Shown in pieces: positions 7,363-14,416 of a stretch of 32,000 bases of DNA (position 1 is its first letter; the number at the start of each line of letters is the position of its first letter). The translations under genes and the position numbers were made by a program. The DNA is from Pseudodesulfovibrio mercurii. Its GTDB lineage: Bacteria > Desulfobacterota > Desulfovibrionia > Desulfovibrionales > Desulfovibrionaceae. The stretch covers positions 2,640,001-2,672,000 of the forward strand of contig NC_016803.1 of assembly GCF_000189295.2 (NCBI RefSeq). Reading direction: 5' to 3'. The notes under the pieces were generated by a model, which was not told where the DNA came from, did no database searches, and saw only the letters and a program-made list of their open reading frames with translations.

Positions 7363-7901
7363 AACCGCACCATCTCCTCGTAGGCCAGCTCCAGGGCGTA
7401 GCCGCACAGGGTGTGGCCGATCTCCCTGGGGGCGGGGGCCTCGTCCAGGGTCAGGCCGATGAGCCGGGCCGCGATGTACGGCACGTCCGGGCAGCCGCCG
7501 CCGGAGACGTTGACGATGGCCCGGTTCCGCTTGTCCACGGTCAGCTTCATGTTGGCCGCGCGAACCATGAGATAGTCCCCGAAATCCTTGACCTGGAAGA
7601 GGTCCACCGGGGCGAGCAGGGGGCCGGTCACGGGCACGCTCTCCATGGGCGGAATCCCGGCCTCGGCCAGGACGCGCAGGATGTCGAGCTTCTCCATGAG
7701 CGGAAATTCGACCACCAGGTCGCACCCCCTCTGGATCTCCGGGGGCGGGCCCATGACCCGGATCTCCCGGCCGGACGCCTTGAGGAGCTTCTCGGCCCGG
7801 ATGACCTCGCTGGTGTGCTCGAACACGAGCAGGCCCCGGTCCGCGCGCACCTGGGCGCGCGGAGCCGAAGCCTTTCTTTTGAACAGGTTGCCAAGGGCCA
7901 A
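7350..7901 (-). CDS. DUF3343 (putative Se/S carrier-like) domain fused to an unassigned Cys-containing C-terminal domain
   Basis: N-terminal about 90 aa ('GLLVFEHTSEVIRAEKLLKASGREIRVMGPPPEIQRGCDLVVEF') fits DUF3343. C-terminal about 90 aa (..VSGGGCPDVPY..GHTLCGYA..) is not recognised. The TTG start at 7901 is 2 nt after the upstream stop. An alternative GTG lies at 7850. Confidence 0.6.
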   Translation of the reverse strand: MALGNLFKRKASAPRAQVRADRGLLVFEHTSEVIRAEKLLKASGREIRVMGPPPEIQRGCDLVVEFPLMEKLDILRVLAEAGIPPMESVPVTGPLLAPVDLFQVKDFGDYLMVRAANMKLTVDKRNRAIVNVSGGGCPDVPYIAARLIGLTLDEAPAPREIGHTLCGYALELAYEEMVRLCSS

Positions 7902-7903
7902 GT

Positions 7904-8125
7904 CTAGCCCCCGAGCAGTTTCAGGCGGTACTCGCCGCCCTCCTCGGTGATGGATTCCACCTTCCAGCCCTTGCCCTGGGCGGCACGGGCCACGTTTTCC
8001 TTGGACGCCTCGGTGTCCACCAGGACCTCAAGCTCGCCCGAGCCCATGGCCGCGATCTTGGACAGGGTATCCAGTACCGGCTGGGGGCAGGAAAGGCCCC
8101 GCGCGTCGACTAATTCACTCATCAT
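7904..8125 (-). CDS. TusA/SirA/YedF-like sulfurtransferase-fold protein
   Basis: 73 aa with 'DARGLSCPQPVL' (CPxP active-site motif) and typical size. Starts 6 nt after the yedE stop. The second ATG (8122) has better SD spacing. Confidence 0.85.
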   Translation of the reverse strand: MMSELVDARGLSCPQPVLDTLSKIAAMGSGELEVLVDTEASKENVARAAQGKGWKVESITEEGGEYRLKLLGG

Positions 8126-8131
8126 ATCCCC

Positions 8132-9217
8132 CTAGGCTGCTTTCTTGCGCATGGTCAGGCCGATGAACAGGCAGACCGCTAGGCCGATGAACACGGCGGC
8201 GATGCCGTGCGGGCCAACGCCCTTGGGCGAGCTGGCCAGGCCGAAGTTGTGGGCGAAACCCGCGCCCACGATCATGCCGAGGACGAACACGGCGGCGTCG
8301 CCGTCGCCCTCGCCCGCCATGAACAGCTGCCTGCCGGGGCAGCCGCCGGCCAGGGCGAAGCACAGCCCGGCCAGGACCATGCCCATGAAGTTCCACAGAC
8401 CCTGGGTGTGGGCCACGGGCTGGCCGTCGAAGCCCATGTGGAACTGGCCGAGGACCAGGTTCATCAGGAAGGCGGCCACCAGCAGGGCGATGACGCCCGA
8501 GAGCAGGTGGACCTGCTTGAACAGGATCAGGTCGCGGAAGGCGCCCATGGTGCAGAACCGGCTGCGCTGGGCGATGACGCCCACCACCAGGCCCACGCCG
8601 AGGGAGATGAACAGGGGCGCGTGCATGGCGCCGGGGCCCTTGAGGCTGTAGAAGAGCACCCCGGATTTGTCCGCGTCGGCCACCTGCGGGTAGATGAACA
8701 TGAGCACCAGGAACCCGGCCATGATCAGGGGCATGATCAGCCCCACGGACGAGTAGGTCTTCTGAGCCCGGCCCAGGTTGTACCCCTGGCGGAAGAACAG
8801 GGTGCCGATGCCGATGCCGACGATCAGCCCGGCGATGCCGAACAGGGCGTTCAGGTCGCCGCCGGCCAGCCGCAGGATGGCCCGCCACGGGCAGCCCAGG
8901 AAGACCAGGGCCCCGATCATGGCGAACACGCCGAGCACGAAGCGGACGATGGGCGCGGACCCGGCCCTGGGCCGGAAGTCGCTGCCCATGAAGGCCGCGC
9001 CCAGGGCGCCGAGCACGAAGCCGATGATCTCCGGGCGCATGTACTGGACCACGCCCGCCCGATGCAGCCCCACGGAACCGGCGATGTCGCGCTCGAAACA
9101 GGCCACGCAGATGCCCATGTTCCCGGGGTTGCCCAGGTACTGCAACAGGGCCGCCAGGCAGCCGATGACGAGCCCGACGGAAATGATGCCTTTCCGTGAG
9201 GCGAAAAAGTTGGTCAT
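8132..9217 (-). CDS. yedE: YedE-family selenium/sulfur-compound transport membrane protein
   Basis: Polytopic. Conserved Cys motifs GICVACFERD, RSRFCTMGAFRD and GGCPGRQL. The ATG at 9217 is preceded by AAGGAGGAGG. The longer track ORF (to 9271) lacks an SD. Confidence 0.85.
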   Translation of the reverse strand: MTNFFASRKGIISVGLVIGCLAALLQYLGNPGNMGICVACFERDIAGSVGLHRAGVVQYMRPEIIGFVLGALGAAFMGSDFRPRAGSAPIVRFVLGVFAMIGALVFLGCPWRAILRLAGGDLNALFGIAGLIVGIGIGTLFFRQGYNLGRAQKTYSSVGLIMPLIMAGFLVLMFIYPQVADADKSGVLFYSLKGPGAMHAPLFISLGVGLVVGVIAQRSRFCTMGAFRDLILFKQVHLLSGVIALLVAAFLMNLVLGQFHMGFDGQPVAHTQGLWNFMGMVLAGLCFALAGGCPGRQLFMAGEGDGDAAVFVLGMIVGAGFAHNFGLASSPKGVGPHGIAAVFIGLAVCLFIGLTMRKKAA

Positions 9218-9311
9218 ACCTCCTCCTTGTGTAAAAAGAACCAAACTTCCCCCAATTCTGGTACGAAACATAGAGGAATCCAGCAGGTTGAACCAATCTT
9301 TTTCTATATTT

Positions 9312-9341
9312 GGTATAGGCTTGATCTATAGATATTCTCAA
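9312..9341 (-). promoter_or_regulatory. Candidate promoter of the yedE operon with an embedded palindrome
   Basis: On the minus strand: TTGAGA (9341-9336), an 18-nt spacer, then TATACC (9317-9312). The palindrome ATCTATAGAT (9324-9333) sits in the spacer. AT-rich patch about 90 nt upstream of the ATG at 9217. Confidence 0.25.
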
Positions 9342-9461
9342 TGTGAGGGGGGCAATCCCCGGCCGCCGGTGGGAGTGGGCGCGATGTGCGCGGAACGGTG
9401 GGCGAGCGGGGGCGGGGGAGTGCTGCGGAGGGGCCCGGCGCGGTCGCATCGGGCCCGACCG

Positions 9462-9497
9462 GAGCGTCGGCCCGAGCGTCGGCCCGAGCGTCGGCCG
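9462..9497. repeat. Tandem 12-mer repeat, 3 copies (GAGCGTCGGCCC)
   Basis: Units at 9462-9473, 9474-9485 and 9486-9497 (last base differs). Intergenic, just downstream of the peptidase stop at 9515. Confidence 0.85.
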
Positions 9498-9514
9498 GAT
9501 GCGTGCGCGGCCGG

Positions 9515-10447
9515 CTAGTTCTCGATGTCGGACAGGGTCTGGCGGAAGGTCTCGATCTGCGGGCCGCCCAGGGACACGGCCTTTTGCGCGGCCTGCAGGG
9601 CCTCGTCGCGGCGGCCGAGCTCGTCCAGGACAAAGGCCAGGTTGTTGAAGGCGATGCCGCTGTCCGGCTTGACCTCGGTGGCCCGGCGGAAAGCCTTGGC
9701 CGCGCCCTCGGCATTGCCCAGGGAGTAGCGGGCGTTGCCCAGGCCGATCCAGGCGTCGTGGCTCCGCGGCCAGCGGGCGGCGGCCGCGGCGTAGGCCTCC
9801 TCGGCGGCGGCCCACTGCCTGGCCCGCTCCAGGCCCACGGCCCCGTTCAGCCATTCCGTCTCCTTCGCCGTGACGGGCAGGCGCGACGGCGGCAGCACGA
9901 GCAGTCCCCAGAAGTCCGGGCCCCAGGTGTTCTCGAAGACCCGCCAGGGGGTGCGCCGGTTCCGGGTCAGGCCCGAGTTGAGCAGGATCTCGTCGGCGTC
10001 GCGGTCCAGGCCCACGACCACGGCGTAGTGCCACACCGGGTACCAGGACAGCCCCAGGTTCTGGAGGACCACCACCGGATTGCCCCCGGCGATCTCGGCT
10101 GACAGCCGGTCCGCGCCGTGGATGACGTAGGCCATGCGCCCGTTACGGCGGGCGGCGGTGATCATGTCGGGCTGGATGCTGCCCTTTTGCGACGGGGTGT
10201 AGACCTGCGCGGTCAGGTCGTCGGGCGTGACCGGCAGTCCGCTCCAGGTCATGGCCATGGCCAGGGCGGCCGGGCCGCACTGGTAGTCCTCCTGGGGATA
10301 GAAGGGCACGTCGAGCACGCGGGTCAGGGGAGCGCCCGTGGGCGAGGGCGGCATGACGCCGCCGTAGAGGGAGCAGCCGGTGGTCAGGAAGAGCAACAAG
10401 AGACAGGCGACGGCCATGCGGCCGCCGCCTGAAGGGATGTGCGACAT
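9515..10447 (-). CDS. PA2778-family C39-like cysteine peptidase lipoprotein with C-terminal TPR repeats
   Basis: Lipobox LTTGC. Papain/C39-like 'YQCGPAALAMA' (Cys) and 'WHYAVVVG' (His). C-terminal TPR-like helices (AWIGLGNARYSLGN..AFNNLAFVL). Confidence 0.8.
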   Translation of the reverse strand: MSHIPSGGGRMAVACLLLLFLTTGCSLYGGVMPPSPTGAPLTRVLDVPFYPQEDYQCGPAALAMAMTWSGLPVTPDDLTAQVYTPSQKGSIQPDMITAARRNGRMAYVIHGADRLSAEIAGGNPVVVLQNLGLSWYPVWHYAVVVGLDRDADEILLNSGLTRNRRTPWRVFENTWGPDFWGLLVLPPSRLPVTAKETEWLNGAVGLERARQWAAAEEAYAAAAARWPRSHDAWIGLGNARYSLGNAEGAAKAFRRATEVKPDSGIAFNNLAFVLDELGRRDEALQAAQKAVSLGGPQIETFRQTLSDIEN

Positions 10448-10457
10448 TTCGCTTCCG

Positions 10458-10859
10458 TTACTTGGCCTTCTTCACGAACGGGAAGACGTCCGTGGCTCCG
10501 GCCATGTCCGTGATGAGCAGGACGATGAAGACGAAGAGCGCGGCACCGATGATGATGCCGAAGAAGCTGCCGCCCGCGGGCATGTCGGCCACGTGGTCGG
10601 CGATCTGGTTGATCTCCGAGTCGGACAGGGCGCTGACGCGCTGTTCCACCTCGGACACGGACAGCCCCTTGCTCTCCAGGACCTGACGCACGTCGTCGCG
10701 CTGGAGCTGAGCCAGGACCATGGCGCGGTTCTGCGCGTTGTGGCTGGCGGCCAGGGCGGCCTCTGTGGACACCAGACCCGCGCGAGCCACGGAGACGTTC
10801 AGGGTCAGCAGGGACAACACAACGAAAAGACAGACGAATTTGCTGAACTTATTGTACAT
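10458..10859 (-). CDS. PA2779-family protein (signal peptide, helical region, GG site, C-terminal TM segment)
   Basis: 133 aa. The ATG is preceded by GAGGAGGG. Signal peptide ends ..VARA. 'LSDSEINQIADHVADMPAGG' is followed by a hydrophobic tail. Sits 10 nt upstream of the peptidase gene. Confidence 0.7.
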   Translation of the reverse strand: MYNKFSKFVCLFVVLSLLTLNVSVARAGLVSTEAALAASHNAQNRAMVLAQLQRDDVRQVLESKGLSVSEVEQRVSALSDSEINQIADHVADMPAGGSFFGIIIGAALFVFIVLLITDMAGATDVFPFVKKAK

Positions 10860-10902
10860 GCGGGTTTACCCTCCTCGTTGACCGTATCAGCAACTTGCAT
10901 GG

Positions 10903-10931
10903 TTATACCCAAGGGTGATGCAATTGGCAAA
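10903..10931 (-). promoter_or_regulatory. Candidate sigma70 promoter for the PA2779/PA2778 pair
   Basis: On the minus strand: TTGCCA (10931-10926), a 17-nt spacer, then TATAAC (10908-10903), about 45 nt upstream of the ATG at 10859. Confidence 0.35.
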
Positions 10932-11011
10932 TGAAGGTTTTGTTGAAATTGGCCCCGCCCGACGGCTCGCGCCCCTTGACACCGCCCTGTCCCGTCCTGC
11001 AAGGAACGCCC

Positions 11012-12058
11012 ATGCACAACCTTATCGAGCTGAACAAGACCGACCTCGAAGCCTTCGTGGCCGAGGACCTCAAGGAACCCCGCTACCGGGCCGAACAGAT
11101 CTGGCAGTGGCTGTGGCAGAAGCGCGTGCGCGACGTGGAGGCCATGACCAACCTGTCCCGGCCCCTGCGCGAAAAGCTGGCCGGGATGGCGAACATCGTC
11201 TGGCCGGAGATCGCCCGGGTGGCCGAGAGCCGGGACGGGACCATCAAGTTCCTGCTGAAGCTGGTCGACGGCAAGCTCATCGAGACCGTGCTCATCCCCA
11301 TGCAGGACCGCTACTCCCAGTGCCTGTCCACCCAGGTGGGCTGCGCCATGGCCTGCACCTTCTGCAACACCGGCAAGCTCGGCTTCGAGCGCAACCTGAC
11401 CTACGGCGAGATCATGGGCCAGATCCTGGTGGGCCGCCAATACCTGGCCGACCGGAACATGAACGAGCTCAAGAACCTCGTGTTCATGGGCATGGGCGAG
11501 CCGCTGCTCAACCTGGAGACCCTTGTCAGGGTCCTGACCGACCTGCCGTGCGAGCGCGGCCTGTCCCTGTCCTGGCGGCGGTCCATGGTCTCCACGGTGG
11601 GCTTCCCGGACAAGCTCAAGATCCTGGGCGACCTGGAAATCGCCCTGCCCGCCATCTCCCTGCACGCCCCCACCCAGGAGCTGCGCGCGCGGATCATGCC
11701 CAAGGCCGCCAGGGTCCACCTGGACGACCTCATGGCCGCCCTCAGCGCCTACCCCATGCGTCCGCGCGAGCGGATCACCTTCGAATACCTGCTCCTCAAG
11801 GACGTCAACGACTCCATGGAGCACGCGGACCAGCTGGCCAAACTCATCGACCGCAGGAAGGGCAAGATCAACCTCATCGCGTACAACGCCACCGAGGGCA
11901 TGCCCTACGGCGCGCCGGACCGCGACCGGGTCGAGGCCTTCGAAAAGCGGCTCTGGGACCACGGCCTGACCGCCTTCATCCGCCGCTCCATGGGCGCGGA
12001 CATCAAGGCGGCCTGCGGCCAGCTCAAGGCCGACAGCGTCGGAGAGAATCGGGACTAG
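11012..12058 (+). CDS. rlmN: Radical-SAM 23S rRNA/tRNA adenine-C2 methyltransferase RlmN
   Basis: CxxxCxxC (CAMACTFC), MGMGEPLLN, and a C-terminal 'CGQL'. The ATG at 11012 has AAGGAA 5 nt upstream. The 10931 start in the track has no SD. Confidence 0.92.
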   Translation: MHNLIELNKTDLEAFVAEDLKEPRYRAEQIWQWLWQKRVRDVEAMTNLSRPLREKLAGMANIVWPEIARVAESRDGTIKFLLKLVDGKLIETVLIPMQDRYSQCLSTQVGCAMACTFCNTGKLGFERNLTYGEIMGQILVGRQYLADRNMNELKNLVFMGMGEPLLNLETLVRVLTDLPCERGLSLSWRRSMVSTVGFPDKLKILGDLEIALPAISLHAPTQELRARIMPKAARVHLDDLMAALSAYPMRPRERITFEYLLLKDVNDSMEHADQLAKLIDRRKGKINLIAYNATEGMPYGAPDRDRVEAFEKRLWDHGLTAFIRRSMGADIKAACGQLKADSVGENRD

Positions 12059-12879
12059 CGGTCCAGGCCGTGCTTGCGGCGCAGGGACTGCACCAGCTCG
12101 CGCCGGGTCCGCATGAACTCGTCGAACTCCCGCATGACCAGCGGAAACTTGATGGTGGACAGCCGGTAGAAGCCCGAGGCGTGCGGCAGATCGGGATCAT
12201 AGACCAGCTTGTCCTCGAGCCCCATGGCCGCGAGCAGGTGGCGGGCCACCTCCACATTGGCGTAGACCCCGTCCACCCGGCCCATGAGCCCCTTGCCCAG
12301 CAGTCCTGAGATGGACAGGTTCTCGGACAGCCTGATGGATTTCGGGTCGATGGGCGGTTCGAGCAGCCACGGCTTGAAACCGGCCAGGATGCCCAGGGTG
12401 TGGATGGCCCCCATGCCCTTGCCCAGGTCCCCGGGCCGGACCAGGATGCCGTCCGTGTAGGTGCAGACCGGCTCGGAATAGCGGACGTTCAGCCCCTTGC
12501 GCCGGGACCGGTGCCATGACTCGGAGTCCGGGAACTTCAGGTCCAGGGTGCGGGTCTCCAGGAACTCCTGGTAGAGCCGCTTCACGGGCAGGGCCACGTA
12601 GATCATGACGTAGCCGTACTCGATGGCGAAGGAATCCAGCAGATCCCTGGCGAACCCCTCGTAGTCCCCGTTGCGGAAGGAGCCGTAGGGCGGATAGTCG
12701 ATGCTTTCCACGCCCACGGTCAGCCGGATGGGCTCGGCCGGGGCCGGTGTGGGCCGCAGCAGCGCGACGCAGGCCAGGCAGAGCAGCCCCAGCAGCAGAC
12801 ACCGGGCCAGCGGGCGGCGGCGCGCGGCGGCGTGACTGAAGACGGGACAACGGCGGGGATGTTCGGATTGCTGGGGCAT
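12055..12879 (-). CDS. Periplasmic substrate-binding protein, family 3 (PBP2-type), orphan
   Basis: Real start is the ATG at 12879. Signal peptide present. 'IDYPPYGSF..GDYEGFARDLL' is typical of amino-acid-type SBPs. No adjacent permease or ATPase gene. The rest of the 500-aa track ORF is junk. Confidence 0.7.
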   Translation of the reverse strand: MPQQSEHPRRCPVFSHAAARRRPLARCLLLGLLCLACVALLRPTPAPAEPIRLTVGVESIDYPPYGSFRNGDYEGFARDLLDSFAIEYGYVMIYVALPVKRLYQEFLETRTLDLKFPDSESWHRSRRKGLNVRYSEPVCTYTDGILVRPGDLGKGMGAIHTLGILAGFKPWLLEPPIDPKSIRLSENLSISGLLGKGLMGRVDGVYANVEVARHLLAAMGLEDKLVYDPDLPHASGFYRLSTIKFPLVMREFDEFMRTRRELVQSLRRKHGLDR

Positions 12880-13101
12880 GGTCGTCGGTGATTCCTCGGA
12901 TCGGGCCTCGGGGCCTCGGCACGGGGATAGCGCATATTCCCGAATCCGACAATGGTCGCCTTGAGGGCGGTCCGGGCCGGGCGCCCGCCGGATCGGCGGC
13001 CGGGAAGGCCCGAGATCCGGGGGTTGCCATCCCTCAACTACATATGTATGGGTAGCGCCAGCCGCAGAAACACTGCGGACATCATATATCAGGAGTGCAG
13101 C

Positions 13102-13383
13102 ATGGCAGCCACCGTGGACGAGATCACCATCAACTATTCCGAAGACAACCAGCTCATCGTCAAGGAGCTGGACAAGGTCGTGCTTTCCAAGGGCGCCTGG
13201 ACCACCATCGTGTTCCGCTACCAGGAACTCAACCGCGCCAAGGGCGAATACGGCCCGGACAAGTACACCATCCGCCGCTACCAGAAGGTGGACGGCACCT
13301 ACCGCCCCAAGTCCAAGTTCAACATCTCCTCCCAGGCCCAGGCCAAGAAGATCGTGGACGCCCTGGGCGCCTGGATCGACTAG
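13102..13383 (+). CDS. Small conserved hypothetical protein (93 aa)
   Basis: The ATG at 13102 has AGGAG 6 nt upstream. Lys/Tyr-rich balanced composition. No family recognised. Confidence 0.6.
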   Translation: MAATVDEITINYSEDNQLIVKELDKVVLSKGAWTTIVFRYQELNRAKGEYGPDKYTIRRYQKVDGTYRPKSKFNISSQAQAKKIVDALGAWID

Positions 13384-13399
13384 GCGGCCGGACCGTCCC

Positions 13400-14245
13400 A
13401 TGTTTCTGGGCGCGCACATGTCCATCGCCGGGGGCCTGCACATGGCCTTCGAGCGGATCATGCGGGTGGACGGCACGGCCCTACAGATATTCACCCGCAA
13501 CCAGCGGCAGTGGAAGGTCCCGCCCCTGACCGAGTACGACGCGGAGCTGTTCGCCACGGCCTGGGCCCAGTGGGGCGACTACCCGGTGGCGGCCCACGAC
13601 TCCTACCTGATCAACCTCGCCTCGGACCAGGACGACCTGCTCAAGCGCTCCACCCTGGCCTTCGCCGAGGAACTCCGGCGCATCGAAACCCTGGCCATCC
13701 CCTTTCTCGTGACCCACCCCGGCTCCCACCTGGGCGCGGGCGTGGAGGCGGGCATCGAGCGCTACGCGGCCAACCTGGACCGGGCCATCGAACACTCCCG
13801 CACCGAGCGGGGCCTGATCCTCCTCGAAACCACGGCGGGCCAGGGCACCAACCTCGGCTCCACCTTCGAGGAGCTGGCGGCCATCATCGCCGCCTCGGCC
13901 CACCCGGACCGCCTCGGGGTCTGCTTCGACACCTGCCACGCCTTTGCCGCCGGATACGACATCCGCACCCCGGAAACCTACGCCGCCACCTTCGCCGCCT
14001 TCGACCGGGTCCTCGGCCTCTCCCGCCTGAAGTTCTTCCACGTGAACGACTCCAAGAACGAACTCGGCTCGCACAAGGACCGCCACGAACACATCGGCCA
14101 GGGGACCATCGGCGTGGAAGGGTTCCGCAACCTCATGCGCGACCCGCGCTTCAAGGACGTCCCCAAGACCCTGGAGACCCCCAAGAAGGAGGACCTCCAG
14201 GACGACGTGCGCAACCTGACCCTCTTGCGCGAACTGGCGAAATAG
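13400..14245 (+). CDS. nfo: Deoxyribonuclease IV (endonuclease IV)
   Basis: MFLGAHMSIAGG.., HPGSHLG, CFDTCHAFAAGYD, HVNDSK, DRHEHIGQG: the Nfo metal-ligand motifs. Confidence 0.92.
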   Translation: MFLGAHMSIAGGLHMAFERIMRVDGTALQIFTRNQRQWKVPPLTEYDAELFATAWAQWGDYPVAAHDSYLINLASDQDDLLKRSTLAFAEELRRIETLAIPFLVTHPGSHLGAGVEAGIERYAANLDRAIEHSRTERGLILLETTAGQGTNLGSTFEELAAIIAASAHPDRLGVCFDTCHAFAAGYDIRTPETYAATFAAFDRVLGLSRLKFFHVNDSKNELGSHKDRHEHIGQGTIGVEGFRNLMRDPRFKDVPKTLETPKKEDLQDDVRNLTLLRELAK

Positions 14246-14282
14246 TCTTTCATATCCCGACCACCCGAACCCGAACAACATA

Positions 14283-14416
14283 CCCATCCCCGCCCACCTT
14301 GCGCGAAGCGCACCCAAAAAGTTCAGGAAAGGAAGGGGATGGGGGTCCGGGGGAAGGGGAAGGAAACCCTTTGAAAAGGGCTTTCCTTCCCCTTCCCCCG
14401 GCCGCCGGAGGCCCCC
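14283..14416. repeat. Composite intergenic palindromic repeat unit (copy A)
   Basis: CCCATCCCC (14283-14291) pairs with GGGGATGGG (14335-14343). CCAAAAAGTT lies at 14314-14323. A long hairpin spans 14348-14400 (19 perfect bp, one bulge, 3-5 further bp, TTGAAAA-type loop). GCCGCCGGAGGCCCCC lies at 14401-14416. Same module order as copy B at 23660-23723. Confidence 0.7.

Noticed and set aside
6499-7725. N-terminal extension of the YjeF_C-like gene to 408 aa. Similar long starts exist for yedE (9271), rlmN (10931), lysR (21144) and the USP (28908).
   Set aside because: The extensions are compositionally junk or overlap the upstream gene. Internal starts have SD sequences and match the family N-termini.
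6287-9271. Selenocysteine (in-frame TGA) recoding in or near the Se/S operon
   Set aside because: I looked for adjacent same-frame ORF pairs split by a TGA with protein-like sequence on both sides and found none. All five genes read through uninterrupted.
9462-9497. Possible CRISPR array
   Set aside because: The 12-nt units are directly adjacent with no spacers, there are only three copies, and no cas genes are in the window.
8115-10034. A 639-aa minus-strand ORF spanning the yedE and peptidase region, plus the plus-strand ORFs 8207-9199 and 9386-10102
   Set aside because: Low-complexity R/P/G composition. They overlap genes with strong family motifs in other frames and cross an intergenic region.
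10977-10982. A perfect TTGACA upstream of rlmN as a -35 box
   Set aside because: It lies only 30 nt from the ATG, and no -10-like hexamer sits at a suitable spacing.
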